DNA from: Octopus bimaculoides
Taxonomy: Eukaryota
Length of the DNA stretch: 64,000 nt
Assembly (NCBI RefSeq): GCF_001194135.2
Contig: NC_068988.1
Location: 12,799,016-12,863,015 of the forward strand
Direction of reading: 5' to 3'
The position numbers were made by a program, and so were the translations under genes. A model generated the notes under the pieces. It did not search any database. It was not told the origin of the DNA and worked only from the letters and a program-made list of their open reading frames with translations. Each line of letters starts with the position of its first letter. Position 1 is the first letter of the stretch. Below are positions 36,002-50,400 of this stretch, in pieces.

Positions 36002-36809
36002 TATGAAATGGTATCAAAAAGTTCCCAGACTAATTCTGCAACACACAATTGCATGCGAAGTGAGAGCTAGCAGTGACATTGCTGTGTTTTCCTCACAAGT
36101 TGTGAAATTTGTATTTTTGTGATCTCGTGTATGCTGTAGGCTGTGATTTCGTCATGAACAGGATGTTGGAACAAAGAGCCAACATGAAACTTTGTGTTAA
36201 ACTTAGGAAGTCTGCTACAGAGACATTGGTAAGCTTATGGCAATGAGGCAATGGGTCGTACGCAATGTTTCAAGTGGGACAGGCACTTCAAAAGCGCAAG
36301 AACATCCTTGGAAAACGATGAGCAATCTGGAAGACCTGCCATGATCATCAAGAATTTGTCTCTCAGGACTAGACTGTCAATGGAGAGTTTTTTAAAGACA
36401 TTTTGAAGCATTTGAGGGAGGACATTCGGCAAAAGTGACTGGATCTATGGAGCATGAAGAATTCCATTCTTCATGACAATGCACCCTGTCACCAAGCTCT
36501 CCTCATTCATGAGTTCCTTGCCAAAAATAACATGGTATCACTTCCACACCCATCCTATTCGCCAAATTTAGCATCTGCTAAAGATGAAAATGCAGCTCAA
36601 AAGTCACCGTTTTAATATTGTCAAGATCCAGAGTGAATCATGGAAGGTCCTCAACTTGCTTATGGAAAACAACTTTCAGGCCAGATTCCAAAAGTGGTGA
36701 GAACACTGGGACCAGTGTATAGCTGCACAAGGCGACTATTTTGAAAGAGATGATGTTAAAACTTACGTAAATAAGTTTTTATTAACCATAGTCTGAGAAC
36801 CACCTCATA
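36002..36809 (+). mobile_element. Internally deleted, decayed mariner element
   Basis: TA-flanked imperfect TIRs (TGAAATGGTATCAAAAAGTTCCCAGACTA / TAGTCTGAGAACCACCTCA). Peptides MLEQRANMKLCVKLRKSATET, AYGNEAMGRTQCFKW..ENDEQSGRP, HDNAPCH and LPHPSYSPNLA. Confidence 0.9.
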
Positions 36810-39800
36810 TTATGGTTATAAATAGTTCTGACAACTTTTTCATCATTTAACCACAAACTAATTAAATGATGGCAGTCTCTGCACTAATTGGGAAAACTAG
36901 TAGTCATTGGGTATTCTCACTATCTGAGAGTTGATTATACCATGAGTATTAAAAGCACGCTATTAAGCTGTTAAAAAATGTGCAAAACTTTGCCAATAGT
37001 AGAACCTAACTTTTGCAAAATGCAATTCATCTTTTTATACCTACCAAATAAATAAGTGGTAGGTGTAATAAGTATTTAAACATTAAGTTTGTGAGCAATG
37101 CTGTGAAGATGCAGATTGATACAACAGCAGTCACGGGTCAAATATTTACAATATTTATCACTTGGCCAGTGACAGAACTCAGTGGGTTGCAAATGTCTGA
37201 GATAAGATTGAACAAGAGGTACTGGCAAAACATATTTGCATTGATAATAAACTTTACAGGTAAACAGAACTATAAAAACAGTTTCAAGAAATACTTTCCA
37301 AATGGTTTTGCTTTGAAAATGCAAAATAGGCAAAAGGCTTGAATGCCTAATAATTAGATATAAGGATATAATAGAGAGTGCAGCTTATTAAGTTAAAATT
37401 GCAATAGTCAGCTAGTCAGAAGGAGGTGGAGGAGAAGATACATAGAAAGAGATGTAGTCTGGCAGACAGGCAGGCGAAGTGCACAACTTTTTGTTTTTTT
37501 ATTAATATTAATTGGAAGTGAGCAAAACATTAATGATTTTTGAAAAACTAGTGGTTTAGTACTTTTATTAGTCTAGAAAGAATTAAAATACATTTGCAAT
37601 TTCCAATATCAACAAACTTTTATGGTGCAGCCAGAGATGGAATATACGTAGCATGCATTTACTACAATTGTTGGTAGCTTAACTTTAATCCAATTCCAGT
37701 TTATTCTGTTTATATTTTCTAAAGGTATATATCAATGCTAGTGTAACCATCTACCCATAAGATTACAAGCAACAGTTCATTATCAATCTGTATCTCACTT
37801 CATCATTTACTTCACATTGAATATTTGTTTCATTTCTTCCTAGCTAATTACTTCATGAGAACTTGTTTCAGAAGCGTTCCAGTTAGGACCATCCAGTTTT
37901 CCCTTCTCTCACCAAACTATATCCAGAATCACATTACCCAGATTGCCCTTTCGTTTTTGAAAACGGCATTGTGTGATTTGAAAGTCTAGCTGCAATTTCT
38001 AGAAAGTTAAATGGCCATACATCTCCCTTGCTGGCTCAACAGATTAATGTTTAGACACAAAAATGTAATTTAATGTATTACTGTATTATATTATGACTCC
38101 TGTTAAATTGTCAGATGGATTATCTGATTAGGCTTTTTTTTTTAGTGACAGACCAATAATAGATAAATTTAAATTTGTGCTTTCTAATGGGGTACCAATG
38201 GTAAATAATTATCGTATATCTTAAGTAGTAGTAAAAAATAAGTTCAAGGAGTTATATATATAATAGAAGTATGGTGCTATGGAGCAGCAAAGAAAGATGC
38301 ACTGTGAATGTTTAGTTGAGGTAGTAGCCAAAAAGTTCATTGATTACAGGGCGTATGAGAAATCTTACACATGCATGTGTGATTTATAAGTGCTAAAGTG
38401 AACACTGTATTAAGATATTTGAAGATATGACTTTACCTTTTACTTTTGTTATTGAGGTTTCTCTGTTAAGTTCTACAATTAAATTTAATAAACCGTTTAA
38501 AAATTGCCAAAAATTTGGAGAACACAAAATACACAATGTTGAACAGTGTTCAACAATTGTTTATTAAGTGAAATCTCATGTTATCACTAATGTAATAATG
38601 AAGTTAACATTTTGATTTAAATATAAGTTTTAAAAAAAGGCAAGTAAATATAAAAAAAAAATTAAGAAACATAATTTGCACAGGAACTGACAATTTAATT
38701 CATGGACTATTATTTGAACGAAAATTTCTTACTTGAAAAGAAAAGAAAAAAGAAAATTGAAGTCTTACATCCATTTTTCTCTACTGCTATCAGGACAATT
38801 TTGCAAATTTGAATATTATTTACATATTAAAGCAGTGAATACTTTATACGTAGTTTTGAAGAATGTACATTGCCCTCATTCATAACACAATAGATATTTA
38901 AACTTGTAACTTTGCACTCACTTATAACTTCCTTAGATTTTAAACATCATGCAATAACTCAATTTTTCAAATGTGTATTTGTGAGCAATACTATGAATGA
39001 ATGTATGCCTCTCTCCTTATATGACAATATTTTTAATTGATAGCTGCACTTTTTAAGTACTGTTCACCACCTTAAAAAATGAAATAATTTTCTGAATTAA
39101 AATGTTTGAAGAATAACGTTCTTCAAATAAAAGCTGTCTAAATTGTGCACTTACTCTTTGCCATGTTACCAAGATGATGTAGAATGGCTAAATGCATTTC
39201 AAACTGAATTCTTATCTCTGTCAACTTTTGCAATTTCTTTTCTTCAGTACATATAGTCTTTATTATTAATTACTAATTATTTAACAAGCACAGTTGTCCA
39301 AAATAGAAAAGTGCCAAGTATGTTGGTTCTGAATTCAAATCCCAAATATCAACTCAAAAGAGGATTAAATAATTGGAGTGTTTTTGCCCAGTTTACAGAA
39401 GCAAGAACATTGTTGTCATATGATGTTTTTACACAGCTTCAATCTTATTACAAGTGAGACAAAAGTTAAAATTGTAATATTTTTTCACCTATTTCAGAGA
39501 CATTAGCAACCTTAGGGAATCAGTTCCAGTCGCTTACCAAAACACAACACCATATTTTGCACCTGTCTTTCTTGTAAACAACATCACATTTATTTCTTAC
39601 AAGAGAAATAGGATTGAGGGAAAAAGAAAAGAAACAGCTTCTAACTGAAGCATTTTGATAATGTTTAGACATTAAACCAAATATTTATAGACATGGCTCC
39701 ACCACTCATGAGAAGATGCAGGTCATCTGTCCACACTGAGAATGTTTTCTATAAATGGTTTTTGGTTTCCTATAATCTTACATGGATGAAAATTATTTAA

Positions 39801-40679
39801 ATCAAACTTCATATTCTTTACACATTATGATCAGAAATACCTTGTGCAGTGCCATGCTTCAATGCAGAACATCAAAGACTGTTCATTACAGCCTGCTTAA
39901 CAGTGGTATTCTGATACTTTGCATACCCATTGATGGGTTAAAAAAAAAATTTTAATGAAGCTGAGCTGCTCAACCTGTAAGTTCCTACTCAATATGTTTT
40001 ATTCGAATAAGACACTTTTCTATGATGGTTCACACTAAAATACAAACAAAAATTTTAAGCATTTGAGTAATTGAGTCATCAACAACTCAATCATGAAAAA
40101 AAATACAATAAAGGTCCCATGTTCCAATGCTTTACAGTTAATGAATTCATACCATGATGCCCAACACTACTGAGCACATGAATCCATACCCATCAATCAA
40201 ATTACTACCATTTTCAAAACCTTTCATTTTTGTCTACCAAATTTCTTCCACAATAGAAAACAACTGCAAAAGACTCAGTATAATGACATTCTGGGTTTGA
40301 TGCTATTGTACTGGACTTTGGAGAATTTGGGAAGTGAAGAAAGAACTCATATTCAGTGACCATTGGGCAGCAAAATGCTAATTCAACAGTCATGAAGCAG
40401 TGGAGCACGTAACCATGTTTTTATCATTAAGACGTTGGTGGTTGTTATTTAACCCCTCATCTTTTAAATCAGCCATATATTCTACCTGCTTTACATTCAA
40501 ACTGGTCAGATTTTGCACCTCCCTCTCACCTACTATACAATGTCATTCCAAAAATAAAAGAACACATCATTGAAATCTTAAAGCCCTGTGATAATGCATC
40601 ATTAATTCAAAACTATGTGAATAAAACATCTGACAGAATACTCGGAATGCTAAAGGGTTACATGCATAAAATTTCTACT

Positions 40680-41400
40680 TGAATTTTAATGTAGGCCATT
40701 ATGGAGAAGTGTCTTGTTGGACTACAGTACCGTGGATAGAAAACTTCAGACTATCAGTAGATGTACAAACTTTCAGAACACTATTGTTAGACATTCTGTT
40801 AAGAACCAATTTTCATTATTCAATATTAAAGTATGACACTGCACAAGGCATTTCAGACCAAAGTGTGCAAAGAATATTGGTTCATCCTCATCTTGTGATT
40901 GCAACAAACTTCTCATGAATGATGAAACATATTTCCATGAATGAACAAAGCTTCCACTATTGGTCAGTCAACAATGCACATAACCTTCACTGAGAACATA
41001 AGTGTGGTGTTACAAAGAAAACTTTGGTATAACAGAAACAGAACCGTTTTTCTTTGAAGAAGGCTGACATGTAGTAAAACTGAATTGTGATCATCATGTG
41101 ATCAAGTTGCACAACTTACTTTTCCTAGAAATGGACAGGCTATATGATGGTATTAAAGAAATATTCACTGAACATGTTGTTTCCTAGAGCCTACTTGATA
41201 TTTTATTATCTCTTTTGGAGCTACCTTGAAAGAAAAATGTTTGTCCCATAATACACCAAATGAACTGAAAGTTGCTATTTATCAAGGAATTACATCCAAT
41301 ATCTCCAAACACGATGTGATGTGCAATGTAGAACTTTTAGGTTACAAATACATGTAAAAATCAACAGAAAGTATTTGGGATATGTTATTTTCAAGATTAA
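40680..41400 (+). mobile_element. Heavily decayed Tc1/mariner-superfamily transposase
   Basis: Fragments resembling HYWS..N.H, TVFFEE and FWSYLERK..PNELKVAIYQGI. Confidence 0.45.
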
Positions 41401-41934
41401 AGGAATAATTATCAATATTTGATAAATGATACATTGTTCTTTACATTTAAACAGTAAAGGATGCTAATAGCTTATATTTACCAACATTGTATTCATTCAA
41501 AAAAAAGAGAAAAAAATATTTCCCTGTAAAAGTTTGTATGTGTGTGTATGTGCATGTAAAAGAAACACTGACTAAACCATCTCCCAATTTTGTTTTTTAA
41601 ACCCATTACAGTGTCATGAAAAAAAAACTTTAAAATCTATCTTAACTGTTCCGATATTGTATTCCTATCAAAATACGCTGCCTTTATTTCAATTAATTTT
41701 GATAAAAAGTTCAGGTCACTTTAAAACAGAAAATTCATATAGGAACATGGACAGCACAAACACTTCTCCCATGCCTCACCTGCTGGATGAAATTCTTTTT
41801 GAAACGATATAAAGATTCAATGCTTTCAATTCAGCAAGTTTGATTAAGTGCATTGAAACTGTAGCTTCTCAGCTAATATAGAATATACTTTTTTTTTCTT
41901 TTGTATTCAGTTTTACTTCTCTCACTGTAAGAGT

Positions 41935-41988
<54 letters not shown>

Positions 41989-43589
41989 CACAAGAGAACA
42001 AAGGATATATGCTGACAAAGAAATCAATAATAGTGTATCAAACAAAAATACTCATATTCTGCATGAAGCACTCACTTGTTATTCACATCAGAAATGCAGT
42101 GAAGTAGTAACATGCCATACAAAACCTAACTAATGACACTATTGTTCATAAAATGTTTGATGTTAAATACATGAAATAAGGAAAAGGAAAGCTGAATCCT
42201 TAAAATTCATGTTTTTTAGGCCAACCAAAGCCTTATAAATGAATTTGGTAGACAGAATTTGAATGAAGCATGTCAAAGTTGTAAACAAGTGTCACCATTT
42301 AGCAGTCATTTGTTTCTACTTTTCTGTGGAAACCTGTCTGGCCCTGTCAGAGTATTACCTTGCTTGAAAACAGGTGACGGTTGGTGACAAGAAGGGCACC
42401 TGACCAAAGAACATCTTCCTCAATGAGTTATGTCTAACCTATGCAAGCATGGAGAAGTGAAAGTTGTGATAATGATGAAGAATACACAATTTTTTTCTAC
42501 ATTTTTAACCCCCAAATTATAGATGTGCTGAATAGGTGAAGACTGTTACCCATTTTCTAGTTGTATGAGCAAGGTCGTCGTACTCAGGAAGGTATAAGTT
42601 ATAACTGCTGTTCAAGCTAGATGATGTGTAATGAGTTTAAATGACTATAATGCTATATTTTTCTATAATAGTGAAAATACATTAAATGTTCTTTAGATTT
42701 CATAAGTATGCTCATAAAATTGTATTGCTAAAGGCTGCTAACTATTTTACAAACACAAACGATTCAAAAATAAAATATAAAACCATAATGGAAACAGCAA
42801 AATGACAATATGTACTTCGTTTCTGTTAATATGATGCCCGTACTTTTCCTCAGACTGTATTGTACATGGCTATAAGAGCATAAACCTTTTAAAATTTCGT
42901 TTGTGATTCAGTAACACATAAGAGCACAAATGTGTTTCAACCAGAATTCACACATACACACACTTTAAATGTTTCTTTCTATACTATTAAATAATTTTAA
43001 TATCAAGTAATATATATTGTATTTTTTATAATTAAAACAATTGCCAGATCATAAACACCTGATGTTTAAAATACAAAAAATCCAGAGATTGCTTTTAAAA
43101 ATGTGTAATAGAAAAATCATGCTAAACATTTGTTCTGTGACAATACACAGTAAAAGTGAATATATTCAGCATTATCAAAATGGTTTTCTAGTTAAAATTA
43201 TTAATTTTAAAGTTTTATAAAACAGAAATTCACAATAGTCCATGTCAGTTAGTAGTACCATCTGAGGTGAATACACCTAAGTGGTATTAAAATGTTTATA
43301 GAGTCACTATGAGTGTAAAAAAATGTGATAACTCTTTCAGCTCAGTAGCTTTGCAGATTTAGAAAATTTCACCAATACTCATACTGAAGTACTTCTGCTC
43401 ATAACTACAACACGACATCATTCACGCATCTAGCAAAACATTAGAACTCCATTTCGTTTCCAATGATCAGAACAAGCTCCTTGTATACCCAGACAGTCTT
43501 TCCATGGATGAGCTTGTCAAAAAACACCACAGACTGGAACATGAGCTGTGAGAATTAAAGACAATTGACGACACACATTCTCCATGAAG

Positions 43590-44760
43590 GAGTCTAGAGT
43601 CATTGTATTGATGTTGTCTTTGACATTTACAAAGAAACATCCATAAAATATGCAGAAAAGATTAACAGGGGATCAGAAACAGGAATCCAGTTCAGAAGCA
43701 TAGCACCTGGACACACTATCCAGCAGTGGCATAAGTTGCTCAGCAGCCCTCCTAACAAAGCAAGTCTGATAAAGTTCCTGGTGGATGAATGGAAGGGACC
43801 AACTTACAGAGCGAAACTGGGGGACAAAGATCTTTTTGTAACATGTGATGACCCCTGCTTCGAAATCACGACAGAAAGGTGGGAGGAGGTCTCTGAGTTA
43901 AAGGCATCACAAGAAAAAGCTGACATGCAACTCCTGTTCCACACACTTCATGCAGCTGAGTCAGGCAGTACAGCTGTTGAGGATACTGATGTTCTGATTT
44001 TGTGCCTGGGGTTCTGTAGCAAAATCCTGTGCTCTCTGTGCCAGAAGTGTGGTACAAAGAACAGAACAAGCTTCCTTGAAATTATGAAAATGAGTCATCA
44101 TGCACTGGGAAGTGGCATCTCTGATGCTTAAATTGACATGCATGCCTTCACAGGCTGTGATACAGAAGGTACCTTTGCAGACCGTGGAAAGCTGACAACG
44201 TACAAACAGATGAAATCCAACAAGACCTTCCAAGAAGCCTTCAGTGAACTAGGGTGGTCTTGGGATGTATCGCCTGAACTGCTTCAAAGACTACAGATGA
44301 TAACCTGCCAAATGTACATACCTTCTGCTTCAACAACTGAAGTAAATTAACTTTGATACCAGCTGTATTGCACTCGATGTGGAGAAATTGAGTCGAGTCA
44401 ACTACCTCCATGGTAGTTCATGCATGCTCTTCATGCAAACTACCAAGCAGCCATCTGGAGAAGATGTCTATAGGCTCAACCCTTCATTCCAAGCCCCATC
44501 AACTGTGGCTGGACATTAGACAAAGAGAGTGATCTTGCCATTGCTTGGATGCACAACTCACCTGCACTGGATGCTGTTCTTCAGCTTTTGTCTTGCAAAT
44601 GTATGCATTCCTGAAACTACCAGCAATAGCTGCCTCAGCAATGGCTTGAGGTGCACATACAGGTGCAAGCTACGAACATGCGACAACCAAGCTCCCTGGA
44701 TTCGGCGACAGAGAACCAGAATTAGAACTGATGGATTCTGAGGAAGACCACGATGATTAG
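43590..44760 (+). mobile_element. Academ (AcademX-type) DNA transposon remnant: XPG/FEN1-like nuclease plus Cys-rich finger; pseudogenised
   Basis: IDVVFDIYKETSIK, QW.KLLSSPPNKASLIKFLVDEW, EKADMQLLFHTLHA, EDTDVLIL, HAFTGCDT, HANYQAAIW, CGW and SCKC..CLSNGLRCTYRCKLRTCDNQ across several frames with stops. Confidence 0.7.
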
Positions 44761-47051
44761 CTTCATGGTATGCTGGGTAGCCATGGCAGATCCAGAACCT
44801 GACTAACCTGCAGCTGCTATACTACCAGAAACCTTTGTTGGCTTGAAAACAATTGACACAAACTTTCCCAGTGGCACGACTTGTGTGCACATAAGAAAAC
44901 TGAACAGTCTTGATGCATCATGTTTGGTTTTATGTTTAAGACATACTCATGCATATGAAATAAGCAATTCAATTTTATAATAAGTATAAAAACACATATT
45001 GATTCAATTCTGATCTGTGGATCATTTCTTTACCCTTGCAATAGTCAAAATAAAAGATGTTTGTGAAATTTTTATTTCCAGTTTCTTATGGAAGGTATGT
45101 CTATTTATGAAGTGATAACTACTGAGCTACCATTCTGACAAGGCTATCATATAAATAGAAACTAGAGACATATAACAAGTCAAAAATTACCAAAAGAATT
45201 ATTCACCTCATGGGGTACAGATACAGAAATTTTGAGGTCTGGGCTCAAGGACTATAAAAGGAGATGACTGTCTCATGACAAGACAGAATCAAAACAAATC
45301 GAGATATATTACAAAATGTAATGACATATAACATAGAATTTCTGTATTTTGAAAAGAATATAAATCACTGAGGGTGGTACATGATTCACATATCTTAAAG
45401 CAGTTACAAGGCCCAAGAAGGCCAAAATGCATCTGGCAGTCTCGCTAGTCACTGCCAAAATGATTTCCCCCCTCTCCCTCTGATATATATCCTGGTTTTA
45501 GTACACCACATCCACGAAGAGATTTTATCTCAGATGAAAACCACATTATCTTGCTTATCAATGATGCATATGTGTTAAGTATGATACATAGATGACTATT
45601 TTGGTAATTTAGGAAAACCAAGTTATTTTAGAGTCACTATTATTACTAGTTTCATTTTTACCACTTTTCCCAAAGACACACACACACACAAAAGTCAGTG
45701 CATATTTTCTGATTTCCCACCATTTTATGGTTTATATATTAGTGGTGCACATCATATACGAGTCTGCATTATAACTGAATAAATGTGGTATTTATTGAAC
45801 TTTTTAAATGATTGGACCAGCTACTAGCAGTAGCTATAATAGCTTTGATATAGCTGTTTGAATTCACTGTAACCTACAAATTTAAAGAAATAAAAACAAA
45901 AGATTTGAGATTTCTCTTTAAAACAATTTTTTTAAAAACCTAAATCTTGATACTTTTGCTAAGAAAGATATAAAGATCTAGCACCGATTAAAATTGAAAA
46001 GTATCTGAATCTATCTTAAAGGTCCTAAGTGATATCAAATTATTACAATCAACCAGAAAAGAGAAAGAGGATCATTAACAGGACACAAACCATACATCAA
46101 TTGCTTGCCAAGAAGCAGTATAACCAGTTACATTACCCTCGAGGTAATACTTTTTATGTATTAACAAAAATTCATTTGTTTTGTTTCTCTAAGTCTCCAA
46201 ATCGTTAAAAAATAATAAATTGCAGTCATTTCATAGTTTCAATCTTATGAAATTAAGAAACATTTAATGATAAAACACTTTGGCAGTAATAATTAATGAG
46301 AAAATATATGCCAGGTAATTTCTTTGATGATGACTTTTTTTATTTGTTTATTAATTAAAAACTGTGATACAAATCAATTAAAATAATTCTAGCATAGTGT
46401 TTCAGAGACCAGGCAGTTTATGGCTTGACTAATGATGAAAATACCACAAACTGAAGTTTATACTTTCAATTAAAGTGCCTGATACTATGTACACACTCAG
46501 GAATGAACAACTATCAGAGACCAAAGCAACTGAAACCGTATGCAGAATCACCATTATCATTTAACGTCTCTTTTCCATGCTGGCATGGATTCTACAGTTT
46601 GACTGGAACTGGTAAGCCAGAGAGCTACACCAGGCTCCAGTCTCATTTGGTATGATTTCTACAGCTGGATGCACTTCCTAACACCAATATTGTAAGAAAA
46701 ATTTCATTTCTATTATGATGTAAATTATAATCTTAAAAACGGCTTTTTTTTTTGTTTTTTTTTTTTGAGTACTTTGAATCAATAAAGAATAGAAATATTT
46801 TAGGACTCAACTGTATTTTCAATAATTCTAAAACGGGTTATACCTAAATAAAAAATGATTTGGGGTATTGCCTTCATTTTATAACTACAACCATGACTGT
46901 TTTTATTTGAACAAGGTTTGGATTATATCAATTTTCTGACTGGTCTTCAGGTGCCATATTAGACATTAAATGAAAAGAAATAAGAAGAAAAAAAACACTG
47001 ACAGAAAAATCTGGTATCAGGAAGTTGTCTTGCTGACACACTGATATAAGC

Positions 47052-47196
47052 TGGAAGGGCATCCAGCTGTAGAAACTCTGCCAAATTAGATTGGAGCCTG
47101 GTGTTGCCATCCGGTTTCACCAGTCCTCAGTCAAATCGTCCAACCCATGCTAGCATGGAAAGCGGACGTTAAACGATGATGATGATGATGATGATG
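47052..47196 (+). mobile_element. Family B (GAT)n-tailed retroposon, 5'-truncated
   Basis: Near-identical to the 3' part of other copies. Confidence 0.9.
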
Positions 47197-48437
47197 AAAA
47201 CAAGCACCTGTCTACATTTACCAAATGAATTTAACTTTATATAGTTTGCCACAGAAATAAAAAGCCCGTTTGCAGAAATGAATGTAAGTGATGTTTCAGT
47301 CCATTCCAGCTTCAAACTATGTAAATTACTTAATGTTATACTTCATTAAAAAAAAATCAGAACACACTTGTGTCTTAGAACCATAACAGATTACTTATGA
47401 AACAAAACTTAGTCATTCTTGTATTTTTACCCTCCCTATGGGTTATTAGTAGTGACAAACCTTCTTACTCCATTATCTTTCATCTCTCTTTCCTTTCATT
47501 TTCACTCCTGATAACTAATTAAAATTGCATTTTACTTCTTCAAACTCTCATACAACTGTCAATCATTGAACAGTAGCTATGCCGGCCACCACATTCTACA
47601 AGTTAGTCAATTGCATCAACTCCTACCTCCCAGTGCACGTTTATCAAGACAATGAAGAGAACAACAACAAAAAGGACGATGAAAAGAACAGTGGAGCCAG
47701 AGAAGGGTTTTAATTCAAAATATAAAGGGACACAACCAAATGCCCAAAAGTATTTTAGCATCCACCTGCATGTGATAGATTCTAACCAATTATATTTGAC
47801 ATGCATTGTTTCATGGATGTAAAATAATGCATGCACTCATTGGATGAAGAAGAAAAAAAACTGTACACACTAAGATGTGCATAATTGAGTGGTATCAATC
47901 TCCAAGTATCATTAAATAATCCATTTGAGAGAGAGAGATTCCATAGCAGAAAATGGGATTTTCCAGATAGTTTAAGGAACAGGCACAACAAACTGGTAAT
48001 GCTTCAAGGGATCTCTACAATATTTCAGATTGTGACATTATTATCCTTCAATTTCCTGTATAGCAGAGATAGTCTTTATCCATTCATAGTTGTCAATTGT
48101 CAATAGTTTAACTGAGTCCATTTGAAAAAGTTAAAAGACAAAAGCCATTTTGCATTGTGCCTTATCTCTGTTTAGCAGACAATTATGGAAGTCACAAAAA
48201 TATATGTGAATGGCCCTTGAATTAGTATTAGGCCCAGTCTCAATAAATTGCCTGCGCACTATTATAAGGAACAATAACAGATCTGCTATTAGATTAACCT
48301 GGAAACAGAAGGATGCAACAAAGTTCTCATCAGAACTTGCGCCAATCTATCTTGTGAAATGTTTGATCATGACAATTTCTTCAATAGAATTGTACAAATG
48401 TGAACAAGTTCTGATGTGTTTGTTGTGAATACCTTAA

Positions 48438-48651
48438 CCCTTTTGATACCAACCTGGCTGAAACCAGCTCTGAGTACAAATGTCTTGTTTTCATAAATTT
48501 TAAATTAAAATCTTCCTGCAAACCTTAGTCACAATTTATGTTCCTCACACTAGCTTAATGATAACTCAGTTATTTTACTGAATTCTTTGTTATATTTAAA
48601 ATAATTGAAAGAAACACAGAGCATCTCAAAACAAATACAGTAACAAAAAGG
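48438..48651. mobile_element. piggyBac-type MITE, same family as 18776-18967
   Basis: TTAA|CCCTTTTGATACCAAC ... AACAAAAAGG|TTAA; internal sequence homologous. Confidence 0.8.
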
Positions 48652-48892
48652 TTAAAAGTAAAATTGTTGAAATGCCTGAAGAATTGACAGAGGTACTTCT
48701 TGAACTATGCTCCAACAGTGATGCACTCACAAGACTTCAGAACAAAGCAGGTGTTAGAAGTTATCACTGTATTCTTATACAAGACTTAAAAATTAATCCC
48801 AACTGTGGTAATACCTTACGACTAGATATCTGTCTAACAAGTTGAGTTTTTTTGTTCTTGTTTTTTTTTGTTTTTTTTTTTCATTTGACTGT

Positions 48893-49276
48893 ATCATCAT
48901 CATCGTTTAACGTCCGCTTTCCATGCTAGCATGGGTTGGACGACTTGACTGAGGACTGGTGAAACCGGATGGCAACACCAGGCTCCAATCTACATTTGGC
49001 AGAGTTTCTACAGCTGGATGCCCTTCCTAACGCCAACCACTCAGAGAGTGTAGTAGGTGCTTTTACGTGTCACCTGCACGAAGGCCAGTCAGGCGATACT
49101 GGCAACGGCCACGCTCGAAATGGTGTCTTTTATGTGCCACCCGCACAAGCCAGTCCAGGGGCACTGGCAACGATCTCGCTCGAAAATCCTACGGAGGCCA
49201 GTCAGGCAGTACTGGCAACGGCCACGCTCAAAATGGTGCATCTTATGTGCCACCTGCACAAGAGCCAGTCCAGGGG
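48893..49276 (-). mobile_element. Family B retroposon with internal ~113-bp tandem subrepeat
   Basis: (CAT)n tail on the plus strand; about 6 differences from 63681-64000 over ~315 bp by manual comparison. Confidence 0.9.
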
Positions 49277-50181
49277 GATTATTTATATAATGGTCAATTT
49301 TATAAGAATAGGTGTGAAGTAAATTAAAATTGTCCAGTATACTACTGATATTCATGCATGATTTAATTATGAAACAAGACGTCAAATAACTAATGCAGGT
49401 TGTCGACACAGTTGGCATCACATAGTTATGATTATAAGAAAAAAGAACAACAACAAATAACAGATGTTAGAATATCTGTACAGCAAAAGTCTACTACCAC
49501 TAGATTCCATCAATTATGACTATCCGTCCAAACAGTATTAAGAAAGGAAATGGTTACAATATCAGGAAAAAAAAACTACCTGAAATAATGTAGCAGCTCA
49601 TACAGAAGAAATTATCTGAAAACTACATTCTTGAATAGCAGATATAAATATGAAGGAGATGATGGATTTTCTATTAGTGTTGATAATTAGTATTTAATTG
49701 CTCAGTCACTGGAACTACCTACTTAAATTACCATGTAAGTGGTTGGGTATACCATAGATATGTATCTTAATGTCATTCTCAGGACAAATTAGTGACAATA
49801 CATAGGACTAGATCTTTGAATTACAGATACAATCCACCTGGTGGGCTTCTGCATAGTTTCCACTTCAATTTCACTCACAATGCTTGGGTCAATTTATACA
49901 AAATGCTATGCAACTCAGGATCTCACGATTGCAAAGTGAACTTCTTAACCATTTGGTTATGCCTCATCCAAAACAAACTCATCATATAAGACTCACAGTC
50001 ACTCTGAAGCACAAAGTAGGGGAATAAACCAAATTTCAATGTGTCCATCTTACTACAAGAGATAATTACTGTAAGAGATAATTCAAAGGATCAGAATTGT
50101 ATTCAAAAGGTCCCTTTATTCAGTTTGCAGATTTCTCACAAAGTTAAACTGACCCAGAAATGGCTAGAACATTAGAACTGC

Positions 50182-50400
50182 ATCTATAACATACCATACA
50201 TTAGCAGAAAGTCTTATAAAAGAGAAATTGAGAGACCTCTAAACACCATAACAGAAGAACATGCGAAAGCTTCTTTAATCAGAGGGAAAAGCACCTAACT
50301 CAGGAATGGCTGAACATGGAAAATGAAATCACATAGCAAATGTGGAGTAATATTTTAATAACTCACGGAGCACCACAATAGAAACTTAAAGAATTCAAGA
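50182..50400 (+). mobile_element. Penelope-like GIY-YIG endonuclease remnant
   Basis: IYNIPYISRKSYKREIERPLNTITEEHAKA resembles the PLE pattern IY.IPC.CGK.Y.GET.R.L..R..EH; followed by SGMAEH. Confidence 0.55.

Noticed and set aside
48969-49421. ORFs MATPGSNL.. and MSPARRPVRR.. (also 46928, 57621)
   Set aside because: Chance frames within family B retroposon copies.
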